64,000 nt of DNA. Origin: an uncultured Gammaproteobacteria bacterium (GTDB taxonomy: Bacteria > Pseudomonadota > Gammaproteobacteria > GCA-001735895). Below are positions 48,569 to 58,691 of this stretch, piece by piece; within the stretch, counting starts at the first letter, position 1; each line of letters opens with the position of its first letter. The DNA is taken from the NCBI GenBank assembly GCA_963793595.1, contig CAWCBX010000176.1, forward strand, positions 42 to 64,041. The letters run 5' to 3'. A model generated the notes under the pieces. That model was not told the origin of the DNA, ran no database searches, and saw only the letters and a list, made by a program, of their open reading frames with translations. The position numbers and the translations under genes are program-made.

Positions 48569-51403
48569 ATGTCGCGGTTAGAAATTTCCAGGGTTTTCAA
48601 ATACCCAACAGCTGTTGTTGCCATATGCGGAGGCTTCGCGCTGATTTCGATCGCTGTGCTTGCGCAAAGCATCAACTTCGGTTTCGCTAATATTACCCCG
48701 CTCAGCCTGGCGATACCTTTCCTGGTCGGCGTCTGTATCACGTTAGTTGTCGCACACTTGCTGCAGAAACGGCTGGATAGCTTGCGCAGGGAGCTGCAAG
48801 GCCAGTTCGACAGGCGTACCAGTGAGTTAAGGAATGTCGAGGATCGTTTTTATCATTATGCGAACTCGTCCTCCGACTGGTTCTGGGAAACCGATAAGGA
48901 AAATCGCTTCGTGTTCTTTTCTTCGCATTTGTTCAAGTCCTCCGGCGTTTCGATCGACGAGGTATTTGGTGTGCGACGTGAAGATTTTCGCCTCGCTTCC
49001 AGCGACCCCGCCGAAAACGAGGGCTGGGAAAACTATCTTCGCTGTATTGAGCAACGCCTGCCATTCAAGGATTTTCAGTACCGTGCCCGGCTGCCGAATG
49101 ACAAGGAGTTGTTAGTTCGCTCGAGCGGGAATCCATTTTTTGATGATAATGGTGATTTCCTGGGCTACCGGGGCTCGGCTTACGATGCCACCGAGACGAT
49201 GGCTGAACAACGCCGGCAACAGTATTACCAGGAACTGATTTTCAACGCGACTGCCGTATTGGATGAAGGCTTCTATCTATTCGATGTCGACGATCGGCTG
49301 ATATTCTGTAATCCACAGCTGAAGAAACTTTACAACAATATAACCGCTCAACTGGAACCCGGAACGCACTACGATGAAATGTTAGATGCCGCGGTCGAAA
49401 AGCAAATGCAATTCAAAGATGACGAGGAGAAACAGGCCTGGTCCGACCGGCGTCGGTGGCGCTCGGAAAATGAGGTTGGTAGTCCGATAGATCTTTGTTT
49501 GAAAGATGGCGTTTATCTGCGCCTGGTCGAGCAGTATCTTCCCGGCGGTGAACTGGTGGGTCTGATTAGCGATGTGACCGAATTCAGGAATATTGAGGCA
49601 GAGCTCGACGAGGCGCAACGGCTGGCTGGCATCGGCAGTTTTCGCTGGGACGTGGAACACGATCGGATAATTTCCTGGTCAAGGGAATTCGCCAGGTCAT
49701 TTGCGTCGGCTGAGGCTCTGCAGCAGTCACCCTGGATCGAATACGCGAAAACGATTGAGCCGGATGACCAGGAGAAAGTGAGGCTGGCTTACGAGCGAAG
49801 CGAAACTAGTAGTGATGTGATCGAGGTCGAGTACCGCATGCTGTCCCCCAGCGGTGAGCGCAGGCATGTCATCGAACGCCTGGAGCCGTCGTTATGGCGC
49901 GATGGTAAGCTGGTCGAACAGATCGGGACGATGCAGGATGTCACCGAATCGAGGCGTATCGAAATCGAACTGGAAGAGGCGCAACGAATTGCCAAAGTTG
50001 GTAATTTACGCTGGAGTTTGATCGATGAGCGCATAATTTTCTGTTCCGAGGAATGCGCGCGATTATACGGTTACTCAGTCGATGAGCTTTATGCAATGAA
50101 CAAAGAGGAACATCATAAACTGTTTCATCCCGAAGATCTGGAGCACGCGCTGGAGGTTTTCAAACAGGCGCAACACTCAAAAGACGTCACCGAAGTCGAG
50201 TATCGAATTATGCGTCCCAGTGGTGAAATTCGATATGTGATCGATCGCCTCAGGCCGGTCTTGGGAAGAGACGGTACCTGTATCGAGTACCTGGCAACTT
50301 TGCAGGATGTAACCGAACGCAGGAATGCCGAACTGGATAAATCTTCTACCGACGATATGTTCGAAGCGGCGCTAGAAAACGTTCCCGGTGGAGTTCTCGT
50401 TGTCAACGCAGATGGCTACATCGAACGTTTTAATCGTAAGTTTTTTGATTTGTACCCTCAACAGCAGTTCTTTATCAATGAAGGCGTTCCATTTGAACGG
50501 TTTTTGCAATACGGCGTTGATCTGGGAGTTTACCAGGACGCGCTGGAGGATCCCGAGGACTGGCTCCAGCGCCGGAAAACCCTTCACCAGTCGGACAGTT
50601 TCGAGTCTCTCGATAACCTGAGCGATGGTCGCAGTATCCAGGTCGCATTACGCCGTTTGCCGAATGGAACCCGGGTGGGTATCTATATCGATGTTACCGA
50701 GTTACAGCAGGCCCGCGGAGCAGCCGAACGGGCGAACGAGGCCAAGTCCGAATTTCTCGCCTCGATGAGTCACGAACTGCGTACGCCGATGCATGGCATC
50801 CTCAGCTTTGCCGAGCTTGGGCTCAAGCGCCTGGATACTTTAAGCCAGGAAAAGTTGCGTCAGTACCTGGAAAATATACAGGTAAGTGGCATCCGTTTGC
50901 TTTACCTGTTAAACGACCTGCTCGATCTTTCCAAGCTCGAGGCGGGCAAGATGCATCTCGATATGACATCGGTCAATCTGGCGGAGCTGATCACTGCATG
51001 CCTCAGGGAGCAGAATCTGCGCATGCGCGAAAAGAATCTGTCCAGCAAATTCAGCCCCGGCCCGGCGGATGCATTATGTGTTTGCGACCGTAACCGGATA
51101 CTCCAGGTGATGACGAATATAATCGCCAACGCGATCAAGTTCAGCCCCGAGGCCGGGGAAATCCGCGTCGATCTCGAACCTGTTGACAGCGGCTACCTGA
51201 TTCGAGTGTCTGATCAGGGTGTCGGCATCCCGGGCGAGGAGCTAGATCAGGTGTTCGACAAGTTCTATCAAAGTGTTCGTAACCGCAACCAGTCGGGGAG
51301 TACCGGGCTGGGGCTGGCAGTTTGCCGTGAAATTATCAGCTTGCATCATGGCCGCATCTGGGCCGAAAGCAACCCGCGAAAAGAGTACCAGTATTCTGTT
51401 TGA
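48569..51403 (+). CDS. Multi-PAS sensor histidine kinase (two N-terminal TM helices, ≥4 PAS/PAC modules, HisKA plus HATPase_c; no receiver domain)
   Basis: 944 aa; H-box FLASMSHELRTPMHGI; N/G boxes (NAIKFS, DQGVGIP, GSTGLGLAVCREII); repeated PAS/PAC (…VEYRM/IL/MRPSGE…RHVI…). Confidence 0.75.
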   Translation: MSRLEISRVFKYPTAVVAICGGFALISIAVLAQSINFGFANITPLSLAIPFLVGVCITLVVAHLLQKRLDSLRRELQGQFDRRTSELRNVEDRFYHYANSSSDWFWETDKENRFVFFSSHLFKSSGVSIDEVFGVRREDFRLASSDPAENEGWENYLRCIEQRLPFKDFQYRARLPNDKELLVRSSGNPFFDDNGDFLGYRGSAYDATETMAEQRRQQYYQELIFNATAVLDEGFYLFDVDDRLIFCNPQLKKLYNNITAQLEPGTHYDEMLDAAVEKQMQFKDDEEKQAWSDRRRWRSENEVGSPIDLCLKDGVYLRLVEQYLPGGELVGLISDVTEFRNIEAELDEAQRLAGIGSFRWDVEHDRIISWSREFARSFASAEALQQSPWIEYAKTIEPDDQEKVRLAYERSETSSDVIEVEYRMLSPSGERRHVIERLEPSLWRDGKLVEQIGTMQDVTESRRIEIELEEAQRIAKVGNLRWSLIDERIIFCSEECARLYGYSVDELYAMNKEEHHKLFHPEDLEHALEVFKQAQHSKDVTEVEYRIMRPSGEIRYVIDRLRPVLGRDGTCIEYLATLQDVTERRNAELDKSSTDDMFEAALENVPGGVLVVNADGYIERFNRKFFDLYPQQQFFINEGVPFERFLQYGVDLGVYQDALEDPEDWLQRRKTLHQSDSFESLDNLSDGRSIQVALRRLPNGTRVGIYIDVTELQQARGAAERANEAKSEFLASMSHELRTPMHGILSFAELGLKRLDTLSQEKLRQYLENIQVSGIRLLYLLNDLLDLSKLEAGKMHLDMTSVNLAELITACLREQNLRMREKNLSSKFSPGPADALCVCDRNRILQVMTNIIANAIKFSPEAGEIRVDLEPVDSGYLIRVSDQGVGIPGEELDQVFDKFYQSVRNRNQSGSTGLGLAVCREIISLHHGRIWAESNPRKEYQYSV

Positions 51404-51441
51404 AATTCCGCTGCAGCCGCCGCCGAGTTAAGCGCCAGCAT

Positions 51442-52179
51442 TTATTTTTCGGCCAGCGCCTGTTCCAGGACCTCAAACGCGGTGATATCGAATGGCGGCA
51501 GCTTGAGCTGATCCTTTTTCTTGTCGCTCAACTTTTTGATCGTGGTCTCGGCCTGCTGACAGGTTTCATGCATGACCTTGATTTGTTCGAGTAGCGTGGC
51601 GGCGTTTTCGAGGGCCGGTTTCAGGGCTTCGAGCTCTGCTTCCAGTTTGGATTTCTCCTTGCGCATCGACTGTATCCTGGATTCTGCCTGACTGCGCAAC
51701 TTGGCTTCGTCCATCTTCTGCTTTTTCAAAGTTTTCAGTTTGCGCACGACGTTTTCCGGGGTGTCGGCCAGCGCCTTGGAGATTGCCTTGAGCTTGTTCT
51801 GCTTATCGGCGACCTCGGCCCGGGCCTTTTTCAATGCTTCGGCATTGTCCGCCTTGCCATTGGCCAGCTGGCGTTCCGCCTGCTCCCGCGCGTTGACTGA
51901 TTCTTCTACTTTGGCTTCGGCTTCGCTACGAGCCTGCTCGGCGGTTTCTGCGCGCTGTTTGAATTCAGCGATTTGCTGATCCGCGTGGCTGCGGGTTTCC
52001 GTGATCTGGATGTCGGCGTCACGAGCGCGTTGGATCGCCTGGTTCAAAGCGGTTTTGAGCTCGTCAGTACTGCATTCCGAGTCCAGTCCGAGCGCGTCGG
52101 CGGCGGCGCCCATCAGTATTTGCTTGCTGATTGCGAGGTCTTTCCAGACCTGCAATTGGATATCAACGTCGTGTGACAC
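51442..52179 (-). CDS. Coiled-coil hypothetical protein
   Basis: 245 aa, strongly heptad-like, rich in A/E/K/Q; convergent with the kinase gene. Confidence 0.4.
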   Translation of the reverse strand: MSHDVDIQLQVWKDLAISKQILMGAAADALGLDSECSTDELKTALNQAIQRARDADIQITETRSHADQQIAEFKQRAETAEQARSEAEAKVEESVNAREQAERQLANGKADNAEALKKARAEVADKQNKLKAISKALADTPENVVRKLKTLKKQKMDEAKLRSQAESRIQSMRKEKSKLEAELEALKPALENAATLLEQIKVMHETCQQAETTIKKLSDKKKDQLKLPPFDITAFEVLEQALAEK

Positions 52180-52311
52180 TAGTTACCTCAAAGTGAAAAA
52201 AATCGGCGGCACATTCTAGCGCATGAAGCCACGGAAAAATAGAGCAAAGCGGGTGATATTATCGTCCTGGATCGGGTAGAATGCGCGTTTTTTCAAACAT
52301 GAGCAAATACC

Positions 52312-53407
52312 GTGGAGATAAATCATATTTTCCAGCAGATCGATGACCTGAAATCCCGGGTTGATTTGCTCCGGGGGTATCTTTGACTACGACCAGAAAC
52401 GCGAACAGCTGGAAGAGGTCATGCTTGAACTGGAAAATCCGGATGTCTGGAGTAATCCGGAGCGTGCCCAACAGCTCGGCAAGGAAAAAGCCGGCCTCGA
52501 GGCCGTAGTCTCAGGGCTCGATCACGGGTTACAGGCGCTACATGACGCTACCGAATTACTCGAGCTGGCAGCCGGTGAAGAAGACGAGGCTACCGCGACC
52601 GAAGTAGAATCTGATCTCCAGGCCGTCGAAAAAACCGTGGCTGAACTCGAGTTCAGGCGCATGTTTTCCGGTGAAATGGATGCCAACAATGCATTTCTGG
52701 ATATTCAGTCTGGCGCCGGCGGGACCGAAGCGCAGGACTGGGCCGAAATGCTGTTACGCATGTACCTGCGCTGGGGTGAGGCCAAGGGTTTCAAGACCGA
52801 GTTGATCGAGGTCTCCGACGGTGACGTGGCGGGCATCAAAAGTGCCACCATACGCTTCGAAGGCGACTATGCCTTTGGCTGGCTACGCACTGAAACCGGG
52901 GTTCATCGGCTGGTACGAAAATCTCCGTTTGATTCGGGTAATCGTCGCCATACCTCGTTTGCGTCTGCCTTTGTTTCGCCGGAAATCGAAGATGATATCG
53001 ATATCGATATCGATCCGTCGGACCTGCGCATCGACGTTTACCGCGCCAGCGGCGCCGGTGGTCAGCACGTCAATCGTACCGAATCGGCGGTGCGTATCAC
53101 GCACTTGCCCACCAATGTGGTGGTACAGTGCCAGAACGATCGCTCGCAGCACAAGAACAAGGCGACCGCGATGAAGCAACTCAAGGCCAAGTTGTATGAA
53201 CTCGAGGTGCAGATGCGCAATGCCAAGGCACAAAGCATCGAGGATTTGAAGTCAGATATCGGCTGGGGCAGCCAGATTCGCTCCTATGTTCTCGATCAAT
53301 CCCGGATCAAGGATTTACGCACCGGGGTAGAGACTGGTAACACCCAGGCGGTACTGGATGGTGATCTCGATCAGTTTATTGAAGCCAGTCTGAAGAGTGG
53401 CGCCTAA
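52312..53407 (+). CDS. prfB: Peptide chain release factor 2, expressed via programmed +1 ribosomal frameshift
   Basis: GTG start gives [24 protein letters not shown] then in-frame TGA within CTT TGA C (52381-52387). The +1 frame continues [11 protein letters not shown]…; GGQ motif [19 protein letters not shown] and SPF tripeptide KSPFDSG are present. Confidence 0.9.
52381..52387 (+). promoter_or_regulatory. prfB: prfB autoregulatory +1 frameshift site (CUU UGA C), preceded by an internal Shine-Dalgarno-like GGGGGU
   Basis: Sequence ccgggggtatctttgac read directly; the canonical RF2 recoding cassette. Confidence 0.85.
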
Positions 53408-53433
53408 CCAACATAACGGCAACAGGTATTGAA

Positions 53434-54954
53434 ATGAACCAGCACAGCGACGCTGAGCAAAGTAAAGCAGACCCACAGCAGGATGAGAACCGCTATATCG
53501 CGCAACGGCGCGAAAAGCTGGCCCAGCTGCGTACACAGGGGCAGGCCTACCCGAATCAGTTTTCGCGCGCGCATTTTGCCGCGGTACTGCTGGAGCAGTA
53601 TGCGCAACTCTCGCGCGAAGATCTCGAGGCACAGCCCGTCGAGGTCAGTCTGGCCGGGCGCATGATGTTCCAGCGTGTGATGGGTAAAGCCAGTTTCGCG
53701 CAACTGCGGGATATGAGCGGCACCATACAGATCTTCGTGCAGCGCGATGCGATCGGCGAGGAAGCTTACGAGGCTTTCAAACATAGCGATATCGGTGACA
53801 TTTACGGTGTTAGCGGGGTGTTGTTTCAGACCAAAACCAATGAGCTGACGATCAAGGTCAAGGCTTTGCAATTGCTGACCAAGGCGCTGCGCCCGCTGCC
53901 GGAAAAATTTCACGGGCTCTCCGACCAGGAGCAGAAGTACCGCCAGCGCTATGTCGACCTGATCATGAATGAAGACTCGCGGCGGGTATTCGCAATGCGC
54001 AGCCAGGCAGTTAATTTTATTCGTAATTACATGATCGAGGCCGGTTTCGTCGAGGTGGAAACCCCGATGATGCAGGTGATTCCGGGGGGTGCTACCGCAC
54101 GCCCCTTTATCACGCATCACAATGCCCTCGATATGGAGCTCTACCTGCGCGTCGCGCCCGAGCTTTACCTGAAGCGCCTGGTGGTCGGTGGTATCGAACA
54201 GGTATTCGAAATCAATCGCAATTTTCGTAACGAGGGCCTGTCGACCAGGCATAACCCGGAGTTTACGATGCTGGAGTTTTACCAGGCCTACGCGGACTAC
54301 GAAGACTTCATGAACCTGACCGAAGACATGATGCGGTCGCTGGCGCAGGCCGTACTAGGTTCGCAGAAGATAGCCTACCAGGGACAGGAGTTTGACCTGG
54401 AGCAGCCGTTTGCGCGCCTGAGCGTTGCGGATTCGATTATCCAGTTCAACCCGGACCTCGATGCGAGCCGACTGGAAGACCTTGAATACTGCCGCAAGGT
54501 GGCTGCCGACCTGGGTATCAAGCCCGAACCAGGCTGGGGTGCCGGCAAGCTGCAAATCGAAATCTTTGAAAAGACGGTCGAAGACCAGTTACTGCAGCCG
54601 ACCTTCATTACCGCTTACCCAACCGAAGTATCGCCGCTGTCGCGCGCTAACGATGACAACCCGTTCGTTACCGATCGTTTCGAGTTTTTCATCGGTGGAC
54701 GTGAACTCGCCAACGGTTTCTCGGAGCTTAATGATCCGGAAGATCAGGCGGCGAGATTCCAGCGCCAGGTCGAGGAAAAAGAGGCGGGTGATGAAGAAGC
54801 GATGCACTACGATGCCGACTACGTGCGCGCGCTGGAATATGGCATGCCGCCGACAGCGGGCGAGGGCATTGGTATCGATCGGCTGGTGATGCTACTTACC
54901 GATTCGCCAAGCATTCGGGATGTCATCCTGTTTCCGCACATGCGCCCCGAGTAA
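53434..54954 (+). CDS. lysS: Lysyl-tRNA synthetase (class II)
   Basis: 506 aa, colinear with LysS: OB anticodon-binding domain, class II motifs (FRNEG, GGIDR at C-terminus); classic prfB-lysS operon arrangement. Confidence 0.9.
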   Translation: MNQHSDAEQSKADPQQDENRYIAQRREKLAQLRTQGQAYPNQFSRAHFAAVLLEQYAQLSREDLEAQPVEVSLAGRMMFQRVMGKASFAQLRDMSGTIQIFVQRDAIGEEAYEAFKHSDIGDIYGVSGVLFQTKTNELTIKVKALQLLTKALRPLPEKFHGLSDQEQKYRQRYVDLIMNEDSRRVFAMRSQAVNFIRNYMIEAGFVEVETPMMQVIPGGATARPFITHHNALDMELYLRVAPELYLKRLVVGGIEQVFEINRNFRNEGLSTRHNPEFTMLEFYQAYADYEDFMNLTEDMMRSLAQAVLGSQKIAYQGQEFDLEQPFARLSVADSIIQFNPDLDASRLEDLEYCRKVAADLGIKPEPGWGAGKLQIEIFEKTVEDQLLQPTFITAYPTEVSPLSRANDDNPFVTDRFEFFIGGRELANGFSELNDPEDQAARFQRQVEEKEAGDEEAMHYDADYVRALEYGMPPTAGEGIGIDRLVMLLTDSPSIRDVILFPHMRPE

Positions 54955-54994
54955 TTTCATTTAATCCGCCGCTAACTATGTCATTCCGGCCTTA

Positions 54995-55307
54995 GAGCCC
55001 ACTACTGCCCGGAGTAAACAACTGATCACAGATTCACCGGCGTCCTAAGGCTACCTCGGGGGTCAGTCCGCAAAAGCCGCTCCCAAACGGCAAAAAACGC
55101 CGTTTGGTCCATCCATGGAATCGCTTGGAGCCCGATGCGTCGGACCGCGCCGTCCCTGCCTCGCTACACTTTTGCGGACTGACCCCCGAGGTAGCCACCC
55201 ACTTTAAGGGGAAACCGGTGAAGCCCCTCGCACCGTAAAGGCCGGGTGTTGATTTTTATAACCTACCTGTGCACAGGGGCATTTTATTCCGGAAAGTAGT
55301 GGGCTCT
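54995..55307. repeat. Intergenic structured repeat element, copy A (MITE-like compound palindrome): outer IR 54995-55019 / 55283-55307, inner IR 55049-55076 / 55169-55196, central hairpin 55083-55107 (ccaaacggc-aaaaaac-gccgtttgg)
   Basis: Inverted repeats read directly (agagcccactactgcccggagtaaa vs tttattccggaaagtagtgggctct; ggctacctcgggggtcagtccgcaaaag vs its exact reverse complement). The core is shared with the 18216-18425 element. Confidence 0.6.
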
Positions 55308-55398
55308 GGAGCCGGGATATTGAAAAGGTGGCGCGCTCCAGCATTCTCGTTTGCACTGGAGTAACCCCGAAGTTCCGCTTGGTGCTAAACTCCTGTCT

Positions 55399-57238
55399 CA
55401 TGAATTCTATAGCGCTCGTTCCCGAGTTTCATGCCTATGTTGTGATGGCATTGGTAGTGCTGGCATTGGTGCTTTTTGCCAGTGAGCGGATCCCGCTGGC
55501 ATCGTCTAGCCTGCTCATCCTGGTACTACTCTCCCTGCTGTTCGAGGTCTTTCCGTATAGCGGCAGTCATGGACCGGTCAACGCCGGCGATTTATTTCTC
55601 GGTTTCGGGCACCAGGCGCTGGTCGCGGTGTGTGCGTTGATGATCGCCGGCCAGGCCCTGGTGCGCACCGGCGCCCTGGAGCCAATTGGACGTCAATTGG
55701 CACGCTGGTGGGGTGTCTTTCCGAAGACCACATTTCTGATCACCCTGGTCATCGCCGCAATCCTCAGCGCATTTATTAATAACACCCCGGTGGTGATTCT
55801 GTTGCTGCCGATCCTGATCAGCGTGTCGCTCAAGACTTCGACGCCGGCCTCTGACCTGTTAATGCCCCTGGGACTGGCTACCTCCGTTGGTGGTATGGCG
55901 ACCAGTATTGGCACCTCCACCAACCTGCTCGTTGTGGCCGTGGCTACAGACCTGGGATTGCGTAAGCTGGGTATGTTTGATTTTGTTTTTCCCGCGATGC
56001 TTGCCGGCAGCGCGGGTATTCTATACCTGTGGTTTGTGGCGCCGAAACTGTTACCTGCACGCGAGGCGCGTCTGCCCACCACGTCGCCGCGGATGTTCAC
56101 CGCGCAACTGCGTATCCACGACGACAGTGTCGCTAACCAGAGACAGCTGTCGGAGGTGATCGATCTGGCGGGTGGTAACCTCGAAGTGGTGCATATTCTG
56201 CGCGGCGAGAAGAATAACCGGCTGGTGGCAATACCCGATATGGTGTTACGCAGCGGCGATCGCATCATGGTCAGGAGCACGCCAGACCGTCTGAAGGAGC
56301 TCGAAACCGTGCTCGGCGCGAGCCTTTTTTCAGGCGACGAGCGCGTCGACGATGAGCACCCGCTGGTAGATACGACACAACAAATTGCAGAAGTGGTGGT
56401 GGTACCCGGATCGACCCTCGACGGCAGAACCCTGGCCAATGTGCGCTTTCGTGAGCGCTACCAGTTGATGGTGCTGGCATTGTTTCGCAGCAATAAATGG
56501 GTCAGCAAGCAGGGCACCGAGCACACCGAGGAAACGCGCCTGCATTCCGGCGATGTATTACTGGTGCAGGGCTCGATCAGCAATATCAATCGGCTTAAAT
56601 CGAGTCGCAACCTGCTGGTGCTCGACGCAAAGTCGGCCTTGCCGATTTCTTCGCGCGCGCCAGTGGCGATGTTGATTATGCTGGGGGTTATCCTGATGGC
56701 CGCGTTCGGCTTGTTGCCGATCGCAATCAGCGCGCTCTGTGGCGTGGTGTTATTGCTGTTCAGCGGGTGTATCAAGTGGTTCGATGCCACGCGCGCGCTT
56801 AGCGCTCCGGTGATACTGATCATCGTCACCAGTCTGGCGATGGGTACCGCGATGGTAGAAACGGGCGGTGCCGACATGATTGCCAGCGCCTACGTGGCAA
56901 TGACCGCCGGTGCATCACCAACGCTGATTCTTAGCGGCTTGCTGGCGATGATGGCGCTATTAACCAACGTGGTCTCCAATAATGCCGCTGCGGTCATCGG
57001 TACACCCATTGCCATCGGCATCGCGCATCAACTGGGCCAGCCCGCCGAACCTTTCGTACTCGCGGTACTGTTTGGCGCCAATATGAGTTTTGCTACACCG
57101 ATGGCCTATCAGACCAACCTGCTGGTTATGAATGCGGGTAACTACAGTTTTACGGATTTCGTGCGCGTGGGCCTGCCACTGGTGGTGTTGATGTGGGCAA
57201 TACTCAGCTTTTTACTGCCGTGGCTATACGGTATGTAA
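55399..57238 (+). CDS. SLC13/DASS-type anion permease with two central TrkA-C (RCK_C) domains
   Basis: Two membrane halves flank two cytoplasmic RCK_C-like repeats (…GDRIMVRS…, …GDVLLVQG…). The track ORF begins at 55328; the likely start is MNSIALVPEF (55399). Confidence 0.7.
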
Positions 57239-57260
57239 CCAGTTCGGTAAACTGCCTTTT

Positions 57261-57890
57261 TTGCCGAAACCAAATACGATGAAGTCCCAACTATTGATAA
57301 TGCTGGAGATGCAGGATGCGATGAACTCCCGGGTCAACCCGGCCTGGCGTCAGGCCGATAACGCCTGGTACCGTGCGATCTGGACCGAATGTGCGGAAAT
57401 GCTCGACCATTACGGCTGGAAATGGTGGAAGCACCAGCAGCCGGACCTGGAGCAGGTGCAGCTTGAGCTGGTGGATATCATGCATTTCGCCATGAGTGAC
57501 TATCTGCTGCAGGACGCCGATAACGCCGCGGTAGCCGCGCGTATCGAAGCCGAACTGAGTGACCCGCGTCAATGCCAGGACATTCGTGTGGCAATTGAAG
57601 CCATGGCACAAACCACGATCGCACAGCAGTCGATGCATTTTTCGGATTTCGCCAACATCATGACCTTGATCAAAATGGATTTCGACCAGCTGTATCGTAT
57701 GTATGTGGGCAAAAACGTGCTCAATTTCTTCCGCCAGGATCACGGTTACAAGGATGGTAGTTACATCAAGATCTGGGATAGCAGGGAAGATAATGAACAT
57801 CTTGTCGAAGTGCTTGCCAGCCTCGATAGTGGTAACGCCAACTTTCGCGAAGATGTCTATCGCGGGCTCCAGCAGCGCTATCCCGGCTGA
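57261..57890 (+). CDS. Dimeric (all-alpha) dUTPase-like NTP pyrophosphatase
   Basis: 209 aa; N-terminal MLEMQDAMNSRVNPAW...WYRAIWTECAEMLDHYGWKWW resembles the dUTPase_2 family. Tentative. Confidence 0.5.
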   Translation: MPKPNTMKSQLLIMLEMQDAMNSRVNPAWRQADNAWYRAIWTECAEMLDHYGWKWWKHQQPDLEQVQLELVDIMHFAMSDYLLQDADNAAVAARIEAELSDPRQCQDIRVAIEAMAQTTIAQQSMHFSDFANIMTLIKMDFDQLYRMYVGKNVLNFFRQDHGYKDGSYIKIWDSREDNEHLVEVLASLDSGNANFREDVYRGLQQRYPG

Positions 57891-57969
57891 TCGATTCGCG
57901 CCGGGTAATTATAAGCTCAAGCTGATAATGCGGCTTTGCAAGACAGGCATAAATGACTATGCTGCCGGG

Positions 57970-58617
57970 ATGCGTGTAATTCTAACCAGGCACTACCAGA
58001 CAATATCGAATGCAGAGGGCCGAATTTTGGGCTGGGGCAATTCGCCACCCTGCCCGGGCTGGAAGGCCGATGTCGATTTCATCGATAACCGATTGCGGGA
58101 ATGTGGTGTCAGCTTCGACGCTGTATATTCAAGTGACCTGGAACGCGCCCGAGAAACTGCGAAGACCTATGCCGGGTCATTTGGAATCGCTGATGTCGTC
58201 GCTATACCGGAGCTTAAGGAAATCAATTACGGTAAGCTGCAAACCAGGAAAAAAAGCTGGGTAACCGAGCATTACCCCCAACACAAGAAAAATCCGGGGC
58301 TGGTGTATCCTGACGGTGAAAGTTTTCAACAAATGCAGCAGCGTAGTGTTCAATTCCTGTCTTCTCTCGCGCTAGCTCATCCTGAGCTGACGGTTCTCAT
58401 CGTTTCTCATGCGGGGGTAATCCGCGGAATCGTTAGCCATTTTCTAGGCCTGGAGTATGCGTCAAGTCTCAAACACTGGATACCGTTCCGCTATATCGGA
58501 GATTTCCTGTTCGAAGGGGAGAACTGCGTGCGCTACGACGAACTCGGCAAATCTTCCGGGTTCGTGCGAGATGCTGCCATCGAGATACCCTTTACCGTGA
58601 ACCGCGCGGGAAGCTGA
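57970..58617 (+). CDS. Histidine phosphatase family protein (phosphoglycerate mutase-like)
   Basis: Start taken at MRVILTRHYQT (RHG-type motif RHYQT); the C-terminal His region VSHAGVIRG. Confidence 0.65.
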   Translation: MRVILTRHYQTISNAEGRILGWGNSPPCPGWKADVDFIDNRLRECGVSFDAVYSSDLERARETAKTYAGSFGIADVVAIPELKEINYGKLQTRKKSWVTEHYPQHKKNPGLVYPDGESFQQMQQRSVQFLSSLALAHPELTVLIVSHAGVIRGIVSHFLGLEYASSLKHWIPFRYIGDFLFEGENCVRYDELGKSSGFVRDAAIEIPFTVNRAGS

Positions 58618-58691
58618 CGATTCGAGCGTGACCTGCGAGCCCGAATTCGGTTCGGCCAGCAGGGATTATCCAGACTGCGCCGCTACTCCGG

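Noticed and set aside
52985-53015. Tandem (gatatc)x3-like microrepeat
   Set aside because: It encodes the conserved acidic DDIDIDIDP segment of RF2; this is coding constraint, not a regulatory repeat.
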